From positions 51,648,001 to 51,712,000 of the forward strand of contig NC_086097.1 of the NCBI RefSeq assembly GCF_963921235.1: DNA of 64,000 nucleotides. The letters run 5' to 3'. Below are positions 1 to 11,224 of the stretch, in pieces; the stretch's first letter is position 1; each line of letters begins with the position of its first letter. The notes beneath the pieces are model-generated. The model was not told the DNA's origin. It worked only from the letters and a program-made list of their open reading frames with translations, and did no database searches. The position numbers and the translations under genes are program-made. Origin of the DNA: Mobula hypostoma (taxonomy: Eukaryota).

Positions 1-433
1 TTTCCCAAAATACTAAAATTTTAAACTGGATGAATTTACACTTAGTGGCTACTTTATTAGTAAGTAAATAAATAATAAGTACTGTACGCATAACAAATCC
101 TATGAACAAATAAATAATACAAGGGTTACAAGAATCACTCCCCTGTAATAATGATCAGGGAGGCACAGAGAGAATCTGTAATTACCACCAAGAAATGTTA
201 TTGTTGCAATGGAAGAACATGTGAACTTCACAACCGAATACTTGTGTGCACACCAACTAAGTTTTCCAGACCTTCCATAAACAGTCAAAGAAGAGAAAAG
301 ATAATTTAGTTAAAAAGAAGCTTCTGCTGCTGGCCACGTGTTCCTTGTAGTCCTGTTTCGAATCTCCATGTCTGTGGGACACCTCACATCCATGTTGGTG
401 AATCTCCTACAGAGCCATCTCTATCTTGTACCT

Positions 434-743
434 GAAAACATAGAAACATAGAAAATAGGTGCAGGAGTAGGCCATTCGGCCCTTCGAGCCTGATCATTCA
501 GTATGATCATGGCTGATCATCCAACTCAGAACCCTGAACCAGCCTTCCCTCCATACCCCCGATCCCTTTAGCCACAAGGGCCATATCTAACTCCCTCTTA
601 AATATATCCAAAGAACTGGCCTCAACTGTTTCCTGTGGCAGAGAATTCCACAGATTCACCACTCTCTGTGTGAAGAAGTTTTTCCTCGTTTCGGTCCTAA
701 AGGGCTTCCCCTTTATCCTCAAACTGTGACCCCTCGTTCTGGA
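434..743 (-). mobile_element. CR1 LINE 3' end fragment
   Basis: Encodes the CR1 ORF2 C-terminus (RTRGHSLRIKGKPFRTETRKNFFTQRVVNLWNSLP) and ends in a (TTTCTATG)n tail. Confidence 0.9.
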
Positions 744-855
744 GGGGCAAGGCAAAACACCTTTATACAGGAAACTGTGGGAGGAGCCACAGGGGCAGTC
801 AGCAGAGGGGCGTGTCCAGACGGTTAACCCAGTTACAACATATATATGGTTTACC
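741..855 (-). repeat. Truncated copy of the LTR of the 1264-5777 Gypsy family (U3 half)
   Basis: Nearly identical to about 1374-1488; joined to the CR1 fragment at a GGA microhomology. Confidence 0.9.
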
Positions 856-1263
856 TCTGCTTTTATATCCATTCTTTACCAGCTGAAATGTTACATTCCA
901 GTGCCATTGGCTGTAAGTCATGTGTCTGACATTTACACCTTTTTACTGACTCTACTCCAAACCAGCATCCATTTATTGCCCTCATCCCAGAGAATGACAA
1001 TTGGTAATTAATGGCTCTTTGTTCTCAGTCAGCAACCAGCTCGAATCCCTTAGCGCAGGCATCAACCCTAACAGTCATAAACCTGCATGTTATATCCAAC
1101 CGAAGAACACCTTGTAAATAACTTCTTATTTAGAAATGATCCCTAGTCCAGTAGATTTTCTGAGGCACCGTTGTATCTACTTTAAAACACTGTTCAAGCC
1201 AAGCAAAGTGCAAACAAAATGGAGGACATAAAACAGTTCCACAAAATGGCAGCCCAAGCACGT

Positions 1264-1491
1264 TGAAGCTCCTTCCATAACTCCAAAAGACTGAGGTTAG
1301 GTAAAATACTGAAAGGGTTTTATTCGCTGTACAATACGACCTCCATGGTGAGTGTCTGCCCCCGGACAGAGGGGGAGGGGCAAGGCGAAACACCTTTATA
1401 CAGGAATCTGTGGGAGGAGCCACAGGGACAGTCAGCAGAGGGGCGTGTCCAGACAGTTAACCCAGTTACAACATATATATGGTTTACCACA
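1264..1491 (-). repeat. 3' LTR of Gypsy element 1
   Basis: Minus strand reads TGTGGTAAACC...AGCTTCA; direct repeat of 5551-5777. Confidence 0.97.
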
Positions 1492-1509
1492 TTCACCCCT
1501 CCTTTTTTT
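1492..1509 (-). promoter_or_regulatory. Polypurine tract of Gypsy element 1
   Basis: AAAAAAAGGAGGGGTGAA immediately upstream of the 3' LTR on the minus strand. Confidence 0.9.
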
Positions 1510-1560
1510 AAAAAGAGTCCCGCGGGGTGAAGTGACTGACAATATTTAAAACAAGTATAT

Positions 1561-4281
1561 TTACAGGTCAAGTCTATCGGGCGGTCGAGTCCGTCGCTGT
1601 GATCTACGTAGCACCGGCGGTGATTGCATCAGCGACGGCGGTTGTGCTGGCTCCGGCCTGACTTGAGGTGCCAGCACATTAGGAGTTGGTAATCCCTCGT
1701 GCGTGTGTGTCGCGCCCGGTATGGGAGTGTCGTGTGGTATCTGTGTGGGGCTTGGAGTGCGCGGTGTCTCGTGGGTATATATATCGGTGGTTACGGGGTC
1801 AATAGTCACCACGGAGTGTTCAGGGTAGGGTCTCGGTGCTCCTGCGGGCGCCAGGTCGCGGATGGAGACTGTGTCCTCCCGCCCATCAGGTAAAACCACA
1901 TAGGCATACTGAGGGTTCGCATGAAGTAAATGAACCCTCTTGACCATCGGGGAGTATTTATTGCTCCTCGCATGCTTCCAGAGCAGCACTGTCCCTGGGG
2001 TCATCAGCCAAGTTGGTAGGGTCGTCCCTGTGGTCGACTTTCTGGGAAATGAAAAGAGCTGCTCATGAGGGGTGGCATTGGTGGACGTACATAACAGGGA
2101 GCGGATGGAGTGGAGTGCCTCGGGAAGGACCTCCTGCCAGCGGGAGACCGGCAGCCCCTTTGACCTGAGGGCTAAGAGTGTGGCTTTCCACACCGTGCCA
2201 TTCTCATTCACCACCTGTCCATTCCCCCGGGGATTATAGCTCGTGGTCTTACTCGTTGCAATTCCCCTAGCCAGTAGGTATTGGCGCAGCTCGTCACTCA
2301 TAAACGAGGACCCTCTGTCACTGTGGATATAGCATTGGTATCCGAACAGAGTGAAAAGCTTGTGCAGGGCTTTTATAACTGACGTAGTAGTGGTGTCGGG
2401 GCAGGGGATGGCGAAGGGGAACCGCGAGTACTCGTCGATAACGTTAAGAAAGTACACATTGCGGTCGGTGGAGGGAAGGGGGCCCTTAAAGTCAACACTC
2501 AGTCGCTCAAAGGGGCGGGTGGCCTTGATGAGTGGTGCCTTTTCGGGTCAGTAGAAGTGCGGTTTGCACTCTGCGCAGACTTGGCAGTCCCTGGTCATCA
2601 TCCTGATCTCCTCAAGGGAGTAAGGCAGGTTCCGGGCTTTCACGAAGTGGAAAAGCTGGGTGACCCCCGGGTGGCAAAGATCTACAGGTAGGGCGTATAG
2701 CCGGTCGATCTGTGCGCTGGCGCACATTCCCCAGGATAGGGCATCAGAGGGCTCGTTGAGCTTTCCAGGCCTGTACATGATGTCATAGTTGTAGGTGGAG
2801 AGTTCGATTCTCCACCTCAGAATTTTATCATTTTTGATTTTGCTCCGCTGCTGATTATTAAACATGAATGTGACTGAGCGCTAGTCAGTTAGCAGGGTGA
2901 ACCTTTTGCCGGCGAGATAGTGCCTCCAGTGCCTAATAGCTTCCACTATGGCCTGGGCCTCTTTCTCCATTGCGGAGTGCCGAATTTCAGGGCCTTGAAG
3001 GGTACGGGAGAAGAACGACACTGGTCTTCCCGCCTGGTTGAGGGTAGCAGCCAGCGCAAAGTCGGAGGCGTCACTCTCCACTTGGAAGGGAATGGACTCA
3101 TCCACCGCATGCATTGCTGCTTTGGCAATGTCCCCTTTTATGCGGCTGAAGGTCGCGCGGGCCTTGGCTGAGAGGGGGAATGTGGTGGACTTGACCAGGG
3201 GGCGGGCCTTGTCTGCGTAGTTAGAGACCCATTGAGCGTAATATGAAAAGAAGCCCATTCACCTTTTGAGGGCTCTGTGAGTGTTGGGAAGAGGGAGTTC
3301 CAACAGGGGGTGCATACGGTCAGGGTCAGGGCCAATGACTCCATTCTCCGCGACACACCCAAGGATAGCAAGTCGGGTGGTCCCGAATACACACTTGTCC
3401 TTGTTATAGGTGAGATTGAAAGCTTTGGCCACTTGGAGAAATTTTTGGAGGTTGTTGTCATGATCCTGCCGGTCGTGACCACAGATGGTGATGTTATCCA
3501 GATATGGGAACGAGGCCTTCGGTTGGCACTGGTCCACCATCCGGTCCATCGCCCTCTGGAAGACAGATACACCATTCGTGACACCGAAGGGGATGCGCAG
3601 GAAGTGATAAAGCCTGCTGTCCGCCTCGAAGGCGGTGTAAGGGTGGTCCTCCTGGCGGATGGGGAGCTGAAGGTAAGCGGATTTTAGGTCTATGGTCAAG
3701 TACACCTTGTACTGTGCTATCTGATTGACCATATCTGCGATGCCGGGTAGAGGGTATGCATCGAGCTGCGTGAACCTATTGATGGTCTGGCTATAGTCCA
3801 CGACCATCCTATTCTTCTCCCCGTTCCGAACAACCACCTGCGCCCTCCAAGGACTTGTGCTTGCCTCAATGACCCCTTCCCTGAGCAGCCGCTGCACCTC
3901 CAACTTAATGAAAGCTCTGTCCCCCGCGCTGTACCTCCTGCTTTTAGTTGTCACAGGTTTATAGTCGGGGGTCAGGTTGGCGAACAGCGGTGGGGGAGGG
4001 ATCCTGAGGGTGGAGAGGCCGCGAGTGGCGTCGGTAGTGCGGTAGTTGGCATGATGTTGGGTGGGATGTGCGGGTCGGTGTGTTTGGGTGGTCAGTAGTG
4101 GGGTATGTGACGTATTCCTACAAAACTGGGGATTTATGACAGTAATTGGTGGGAGGGGCCCATCATTCTCCATTGTCACACTTTTCAGGTGGCTCTGGAA
4201 GTCAAGCCCCAATAGCACAGGGGCACACAGTTGAGGCATGACCAGTAATGTAAAGTCTCGATATTCTGTGCCCTGCACCAC
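1561..4281 (-). pseudogene. pol: Gypsy pol (RT, RNase H, integrase) in one frame with premature stops
   Basis: RT motifs IDLKSAY, PFGVTNG, YLDN; RNase H ESDASDFALAA and EKEAQAI; integrase HPG/CQVCAEC, IDEYSRFP, HSDRG, NGQV; in-frame stops near 3259, 2881 and 2548. Confidence 0.95.
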
Positions 4282-4640
4282 TAGTGTCGCTACAAAACGC
4301 CCCCCCAGATGTCTGTTGTATGCGACCCGGAAGCCATGGTGACCTCTGACTTACTGGCCGTATCATGAGTCTGCAATGCTGCACCGTGTCGGGGTGGATA
4401 AAACTCTCTGTGCTGCCTGCATCAAACAGGCAGCTTGTCCTGCGCCCCTCCACCAGGATGTCCATCATTGACCTTGCGAGCTGGTGGGGAGTGCTTTGGT
4501 TGAGGGTCATGGAGGCCAGGGTTGAGTCACTGTCTTGGTCCGGCGCGGTGGGGTGCCCCGTGAGAACTCGTTGGTCGTAGGCGGTGGGAGGTGGCCCGAC
4601 CAAGATGGCCGCGCCCATGTCTCGCACGTGGTGGCGGCGT
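4282..4640 (-). pseudogene. Aspartic protease region of Gypsy element 1 (frameshifted)
   Basis: CLFDAGSTESFI active-site-like motif in ORF 4202..4867. Confidence 0.85.
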
Positions 4641-5525
4641 GCAGGGAAGATGGCGGCCCCATGTCTTGCACGTGGTGGCGGCCTGCAGGCAAGATGGCGA
4701 CCCCCATTTTTGGCACACGGCGCTGCTCGATCCTGCTCGCGGTTTGGACTTACAGACCTTCGCGAAGTGGCCCTTCTTTCCACAGCTGGAGCAGGTAGCT
4801 TCTCGGGCTGGGCAGCGTTTCCGGGGATGTTTCTCCAGTCCGCAGAAGTAGCACTTCGCGGACTCATGACTGGCGGCAGCCGAGGTCGATTCGCCGGCGG
4901 GTTGTGGAGACTTACAACTGGCGGCAGCCGAGGTCGATTTGCAGATGGGTTGCGGGGTCTGCGGCGCCCACGAGGCCATCGGGGGATCGTGTGCCTGGAC
5001 AGCCTCAGAGTTTTGCAGAGCGGCCTCCAGCGTGTCGGCCAGCTCGATCGCTGAACTTAAGGTAAGATCGGCTTTTTTCAACAGCCGCTGGCGCACATAC
5101 ACTGACCTGATCCCGGTGACGAAGGCGTCTCTCACTAGGAGCTCCGCATGCTGCGCCGCAGTCAGCTCCTGGCAATTGCAGGCTCGCACGAGCGTCCGTA
5201 GGGCCTGGATGAACTCAGCACTTGATTCCCCGGGCCGTTGTTGCCATGTCACTAAGCGGTGCCGAGCATAGACGCTATTTATTGGCCGCAGGTATTGTCC
5301 TTTGAGGGCGCTTATCGCGCCATCGTAGCTCGGCTGGTCTCTGATCAGCAAATAGACCCGTGGACTGACCCTGGAGAGCTGAACTCTGCGCTTCACTACG
5401 GGGTCGGTCACTTTAATCTCCTCTAGGTACGCTTCGAAGCGGGCCAGCCAGAGTTCAAAAACATTTCCAGCTTCAGGTGTTTGCGGATTGAAGTCTAATT
5501 TGTCAGGTCTCAGGGCATGTTCCAT
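4641..5525 (-). pseudogene. gag: Gypsy Gag with two zinc knuckles
   Basis: ORF 4527..5525 starts 25 nt after the 5' LTR and contains CYFCGLEKHPRKRC and CSSCGKKGHFAKVC. Confidence 0.92.
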
Positions 5526-5550
5526 GCTTTAAAATGTACAGCGATTAAAT

Positions 5551-5777
5551 TGAAGCTCCTTCAATAACTCCAAAAGACTGAGGTTAGGTAAAATACTGAA
5601 AGGGTTTTATTCGCTGTACAATACGACCTCCATGGTGAGTGTCTGTCCCCAGACTGAGGGGAAGGGGCAAGGCGAAACGCCTTTATACAGGAACTGTGGG
5701 AGGGGCCACAGAGGCAGTCAGCAGAGGGGCGCGTCCAGACAGTTAACCCCATGACAACATATATATGGTTTACCACA
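5551..5777 (-). repeat. 5' LTR of Gypsy element 1, with TATA (5687-5682), Inr-like TCAGT (about 5655) and AATAAA (5611-5606)
   Basis: Direct repeat of 1264-1491; motifs read directly on the minus strand. Confidence 0.95.
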
Positions 5778-6094
5778 CACATGGCAAGGACAACCAGACA
5801 TCCCACCTCTCCCGGAAGTTGTGGGAGTCTCCCGCATATCGATAGTGGCTCCCTGATGCCTGGAAATTATGTACAATATCCCGGAAATAGATTTTTTTGA
5901 GAGGGAGAGGGAAAGGGAGAGCGAGCATCCTGATTAGTCTCTCTTCATGCTAAGAGTGGTTCCCAACCACCAGGCCGCGAGGAAACAATATGATTTGGCG
6001 ATATGAAACAATATGAGTCAGCTGCACCTTTCCTCATTCCCTGTCACAGACTGTTGAAGTTTAACACATGCGAGGTCATCAGTGACCCAAGACG

Positions 6095-6466
6095 TGCAAA
6101 GGAAAGGGTCCGTGACCCATTTGTGAATGTCCCCGGTGAATCATCCATGTCAGCGTGGGAAAAAGATCAACTCCTCGAGCTTGCAAGTGACGGTGGGCTG
6201 AAAAGTATGTTTGACATAACATCTCTGCCGGCACTCTGGATCAAAGTCAAGGCTGAATATCCTGAGATAGCCACGAAAGCACTGAAAACGTTGCTTCCAT
6301 TTCCAACATCATATCTCTGCGAAGCGGAGTTTTCTGCAATGAATGCAACCAAAACTAAATTGCGGAATAGACTGGACATAAGGAACCCCCTTCGAGTATC
6401 GCGGTCTCCCATCACCCCTCGATAGGATTGTGTTGTTGCAGGAAACAAGCCCAGGGCTCCCACTGA
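6095..6466 (+). pseudogene. hAT transposase C-terminal dimerisation-domain fragment (Charlie/Buster type)
   Basis: EYPEIATKALKTLLPFPTSYLCEAEFSAM...KTKLRNRLD. Confidence 0.9.
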
Positions 6467-6592
6467 TTCAGCGATATTGGTGTGTTGCAATGATTTTATA
6501 TGTTCATACGGGGAAAATATGCGCTGTGTGTTTAATATCCAAACGTTACTTAAAATATTATGATGCTATTGACTTATGAGTGACTTATAATT

Positions 6593-6899
6593 CAGTGGTC
6601 CCCACCCCTCTGGGCCGCGAAGAATATAGCAGTGGCCGGAATGCACCCAGCACATCTTTAAGAAAAAAGCCAAAATAAACAAGCTAATTAATTAGGTGCT
6701 GCCCGGCACATAAATGTCGGCCCAGATCAGAGGCGATTGCCGAAAGCGTTGTCTCTGATCCGGGCCGACATTTACGTGCTGAGCGGCACCTAATCAATTA
6801 GCTTGTTTATTTCGGCTTTTTTCTTAAAGATGTGCTGGGTGCATTCGGGCTACCGCTGTACCGCTGCATTCTTCGCGGCTTGGAGGTTTAGGACCACTG
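6593..6899. mobile_element. Palindromic hAT MITE (307 bp)
   Basis: Ends CAGTGGTCC...GGACCACTG; almost the whole element is one inverted repeat; 8-bp TSD TTATAATT/TTACAATT. Confidence 0.92.
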
Positions 6900-7892
6900 T
6901 TACAATTGACTTATCACTATGTGCTGTGTGTTTAATACTAAATTCGTTAGCTAAACCCCTTTAGAAATGAAATTGAGTGTATTAGCCACTTACAAGTGAC
7001 TTATAGTTGACTTATCACCTATATTCTGGTCGCGTTTAACACCCCCACCCCCGCTCCCCGGGTCGGCCGGTCTGCAAGAATATTGTCAATATTAAACCAG
7101 TCCGCGGTGCAAAAAAGGTTGGAGACTCCTGATTTAAACTAGCTGACTAGCTGCCGAGGAGCTACGCTATTGATGTCCTACGTGATGAGGCCAAACTCCC
7201 TGTAGACTTGCTTAAAGTTGTAATAGGATAAACATGATAATATAAGTACATATTTCAATGTTACATTTGCTGCATATACCCAACTTGGTTTACAGATTGG
7301 ACAAAATCACTAAACAAAGTATTACATACACCCTTGGAGATCGATGGGGGGGGAGGTATATGGGGTTGTGGGGGGCGGGGGTGCTACCTCCCTGAAATGA
7401 GTTTTTGCAGGGTGAGATGTCTGAACAACTGATCTGTAGACTATAATTCTTTCTGGGCAAAACAAGGTACATTAGTTTGTGTTACAATAAATTGGGGAAT
7501 ATTTGCACGACTTATGAAAATGTGAATCAGTTTATGGATTTTGCCAATGTAGTGCTTTGCCTCAATAAATTCCTAAATGCAGGAAAGAACTGTAGTGATC
7601 CAAAAGCAAAATAAGATGCAGGAAATTTGTAATATAATTGAAAATGCCAGAAATATTTAACAAGTCTGGCAGCATACAGTATGTGGAGAAAGAAAGAGAA
7701 TTAATATTTGATGATACATTCCATGTGCAATATTAACCTTCTATATATTGGTACTACAAATAAATACTGATGAGTAGTCTAGTTAAAATGTAACTGTCAA
7801 GTTGCTTGCTTCTGCACCATTACCTAATTCTGAACTCTGCCATGAGAAGATTATCAAGCAGAGAGAGGGAAAGATTCAACAATGTCTTTCAA

Positions 7893-8265
7893 AAACACAA
7901 GATACTCTGCAGATGCTGGAAGTCCAGAGTAATGCACAAGATGCTGAAGGAACTAAGCAGGTCAGACAACATGTATGGAAAGGAACAAAGAGTGGACATT
8001 TTGGGCCAAGGCCCTTTATCAGGACTGGAAAGAAGGGGGAAAAACTAGAATAAGAAGGTGGGTAGAGAAGATAGGTTATAAGGGGAAGGGAAGGGAAAGG
8101 GAAGAGTTGCGGTTGGAGGGGTGGACTCTCCACTTTCTGCAGGGGTCGCTCCCTTCATGATTCCCTTGTCCATTCATCCCTCCCCATTTATCTCCCTCCT
8201 GACACTTTTATCCCTCCAAGCGGAAGAAATACAACATCTGCCCATTCACCTGCTCCCTTACCACA
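7893..8265. mobile_element. Old Penelope-like fragments in opposite orientations
   Basis: Similar to the PLE terminal region (CTGCAGATGCTGG...) on minus and to the PLE linker region on plus. Confidence 0.7.
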
Positions 8266-8376
8266 GTATACTCTTCACATTTTAACTTGTCGTAAATGCA
8301 CATTATTATTTGTTAATATATTTGTGATAATATTACTTTGTGTTTTGTGTGAAAGTTATATGTACTCTGTACAAAG

Positions 8377-9090
8377 GTGCAAAAGGACTTGGGAGTCCTT
8401 GTTCAGGCTTCCCTAAAGGTTAATTTGCAACTGGAGTCGGTGGTGAGGAAGGCAAATGCAATGGTAGGATTCATTTTGAAGGGGTTAGAATATAAAAGCA
8501 AAGATGTAATGTTAAGACTTTATAAGGCACTGGTGAGGCTTCATTTGGAGTATTGTGGAGAGTTTTGGGCCCCTTATCTAAGAAAGGATGTGCTGACATT
8601 GGAGAGAGTTCAAAGGAGACTCACGAAAATGGTTTTGAGATTGAAAGGCTTATCATATGAGGAGCATTTGATGGCTCTGGGCCTCTACTCACTGGAATTC
8701 TGAAGAATGAAGGGGGACCTCATTGAAACTATCGAGTGTTGAAAGGCCTTGATGGAATAGATGTGTATAGTGGGGTAAGTCTAAGACCAGAGGACAAAGC
8801 TTCAGAATAGATGGCTGTCCATTAGAATGGAGGTGAGGACGAATTTCTTCAGCCAGAGAGTGGTGAATCTGTGGAACTCATTGTCACAGGGGCTGCTGAG
8901 GCCAGGTCATTGGGTATATTTAAGGCAGGGGTTGATAGATTCTTGATTAGTCAGAGGATGAAGGGATAGGGGAGAAAGCAGGAGACTGGGGCTGAGAGGA
9001 AACATGGATCAGCCATGATGAAATGGCAGGGCAGAGTCGTTGGGTCAAATAGCCTAATTCTGCTCCAATATGTTATGGTGTTATCGTCTT
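8377..9090 (+). mobile_element. CR1 LINE, 5'-truncated
   Basis: LYKALVRLHLEYC...LERVQRRLTKM; CR1 3' UTR hairpin and short tail. Confidence 0.9.
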
Positions 9091-9093
9091 ACC

Positions 9094-9562
9094 AATCAGA
9101 ATCAGGTTTATTATCACTGATATATGCTGTCAAATTCGTTACTTTGCGACAGCAGTCCAATTCAATATATAAACTATACTGTAAGTTACAATGATATATA
9201 ATGCAAAAAGAGAGGAAAATTAGTGTTCATGGGTTCTTGGACCAACTCAGAATTCTGATGGTTATGGGGAAATGCTGTTTCTAAAACATTGAGTTTGTGT
9301 CTTTAGGCTTGTATACCTGCTTCCTGATGGTATGATGAGGAGAGGGCATGTTCTGGATGATGTGAGTCCTTAATAATGGATGCCACCTTTCTGAGGTGTT
9401 ACCTTTTGAAGATATTCTTGATGGTGGGAAGGCGAGTGCCCATGGTGAAGCTAACTGAGTTTACAGCCCCCTTCAGCTTTTTCTGATCCTGTGCATTGAC
9501 CCTTCTGTATTAGACAGTGATGCAACCAGTTAGAATGCTCTCCCCTGTACATCTGTAGAAAT
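9094..9562 (-). mobile_element. Rex1/Babar-like LINE 3' fragment
   Basis: Minus-strand end AATAAACCTGATTCTGATT; similar to the 3' part of the RT-bearing copy at 38570-39760. Confidence 0.75.
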
Positions 9563-9617
9563 TACAACACAAAAAACTGGAATGGAAGCAAAACATCCCA
9601 AAGAACTGCATAAGGGT

Positions 9618-9970
9618 GTCCAGCACCCAGGGCATGCCCTTTACTCTCTGTTACCATCAGGTAGGAGGTACAGAAGCCTGAAGGCACACACTCAGCGATT
9701 CAGGAACAGCTTCTTCCCCTCTGCCATCTGATTCTTAAATGGACATTGAACCTTGGGACTCTACCTCACTTTTTTAATATATAGTATTTCTGTGTTTTGC
9801 ATTTTTTAATCTATTCAATATATGTACACTGTAATTTATTTATTATTATTTTTAATATTTTATTTATTTATTTTTCTCTCTTCTATTATATGTATTACAT
9901 TGAACTGTTGCTGCTAAGTTAACAAATTTCACATCGCATGCCGGTGATAACAAACCTGATTCTGATTCTG
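9618..9970 (+). mobile_element. Rex1/Babar-like LINE 3' fragment
   Basis: LPSGRRYRSL...RFRNSFFP-type coding end and (GATTCT)n tail. Confidence 0.8.
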
Positions 9971-10689
9971 CTAAGAGTTTACTCTGTTATCTGTATTTCA
10001 CCAACACACTTTAACATTCAGATTATGGCTGGGTTTATTTCTCATTTCATACTTTTCACATAAAGATTTAGTAAGAACCGAGAATGCATTCCTGTCTTGT
10101 AATTTTGAATCTCACTGGTAAACTATGTTGCTTTTCGATGGTTCTCATCTGCGCATTTTCCATTTGAAGTGAGCAAATGTGTAATAGCTTCTTACGCAGC
10201 AGCTATCTCAAGCCCTAACCCATAATTTATGCTATTGTTCTATTCTCAAGCCATAGCCAAGGTAACAAGAATAGTTATGCATTTACCTTCATGAATATTA
10301 ACAGAACTGTAACAAATGCTATCTGGCAGCCTATTTGTTTGTATTCATTTTACACATTTTTACACCAGATTCACTAATCTCTCAAACCTAGATCTAATCT
10401 CCCACAGAAGCTACCCGCAAATGTCATGAGTTGCTAAATCTTGGACTTTAGGCATGTTTGATGTGCGTATGCTATGAATGGCAATTAGGAAGTTACAACA
10501 AACACATCATAAGATTGTTTTTAGAACTCTTTATCGTTATTTGTCTTTTTTAAAAGTGTTAAACCCAACCATTCACAGACGGCAGATTCACAGCTGCTGT
10601 ATCATTCACTCACCAATCTGTTGGTAGCTAGAGTGGAATGAGAGAGACTCAGACAATTTGGGGAGGTGAAAATAGGGTTCGTTAATCAT

Positions 10690-10880
10690 AAACACAAGAA
10701 ATTCTGCAAATGTTGGAAATCCGCAGCGACTCACAGAAAATGCTGGAGGAACTCAGTAGGCCAGGCGGCACCTACGGAAATGAACAAACAGTTGATGATT
10801 TGGGCCGAGGCCCTTCTTCTGGACTGGAAAGGAAGGGGTAAAACACCGGAATGAAAAGGTAGGGGGAGGGGAGGAAGGAT
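10690..10880 (-). mobile_element. Penelope-like terminal fragment, degraded
   Basis: Similar to the PLE terminus at 29380-29520. Confidence 0.7.
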
Positions 10881-11224
10881 AACTAAGAGCTGATAGATGC
10901 TGCTAAATGTTGCGTGTGTCTCGTGGACTAGATTTCCTGTCCCATCCCACTGATGGGCCTTCGATTGTTAGTGTCCGAAAACTCCATGATAGGTTGGAAC
11001 TATACTTACAGCAGCGTGCTGGTGCTGCCTTTTCTCCTGAAAATCTCACGAGAAGATTTTTCGAGCATAAAAATAATGCTCTGAGTTGAGAGGAGTTGGG
11101 GAGAGGTGCATCCTCGGCTCACACAAAATTCACTAGTTTCAGCAGAATGTGTTCTTTTTACAGCTACATACATCAAAGTTGCTGGTGAACGCAGCAGGCC
11201 AAGCAGCATCTATAGGAAGAGGCG

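Larger units (their letters stand above)
1264..5777 (-). mobile_element. Full-length Gypsy/Ty3 LTR retrotransposon (Mag-like Gag, no tRNA PBS)
   Basis: Two TG...CA LTRs of about 228 bp (about 14 differences); 5-bp TSD CACGT (1259-1263) / CACAT (5778-5782); domain order gag-PR-RT-RH-IN; PPT next to the 3' LTR. Confidence 0.97.
5954..7131 (+). mobile_element. hAT-Charlie/Buster deletion derivative
   Basis: Ends GAGTGGTTCCCAACC / GGTTGGAGACTCCTG; carries a transposase C-terminus; TSD not recovered. Confidence 0.8.
5795..7423. mobile_element. Non-autonomous DNA transposon (hAT-like) hosting nested insertions
   Basis: TIRs CAGACATCCCACC / GGTGAGATGTCTG (12/13); subterminal TCCCG motifs; flanks GACAAC/AACAAC. 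Confidence 0.75.

Noticed and set aside
310..440. Minus-strand exon using the CR1 tail as splice acceptor (TTTTCAG|GTAC)
   Set aside because: All three frames stop within about 50 nt and no homology is recognisable.
507..872. 121-aa ORF as a novel fusion gene
   Set aside because: Chance read-through from LTR sequence into the CR1 C-terminus.
877..890. 14-mer TTACCAGCTGAAAT shared with about 61911
   Set aside because: Several 14-mer matches are expected by chance in 64 kb.
4601..4712. CRISPR-like array
   Set aside because: Contiguous coding tandem repeats without unique spacers, in a eukaryotic retrotransposon; no cas genes.
6003..6425. Domesticated ZBED/SCAND-like host gene
   Set aside because: Only a C-terminal transposase fragment inside TIR-bounded DNA, with a premature stop.
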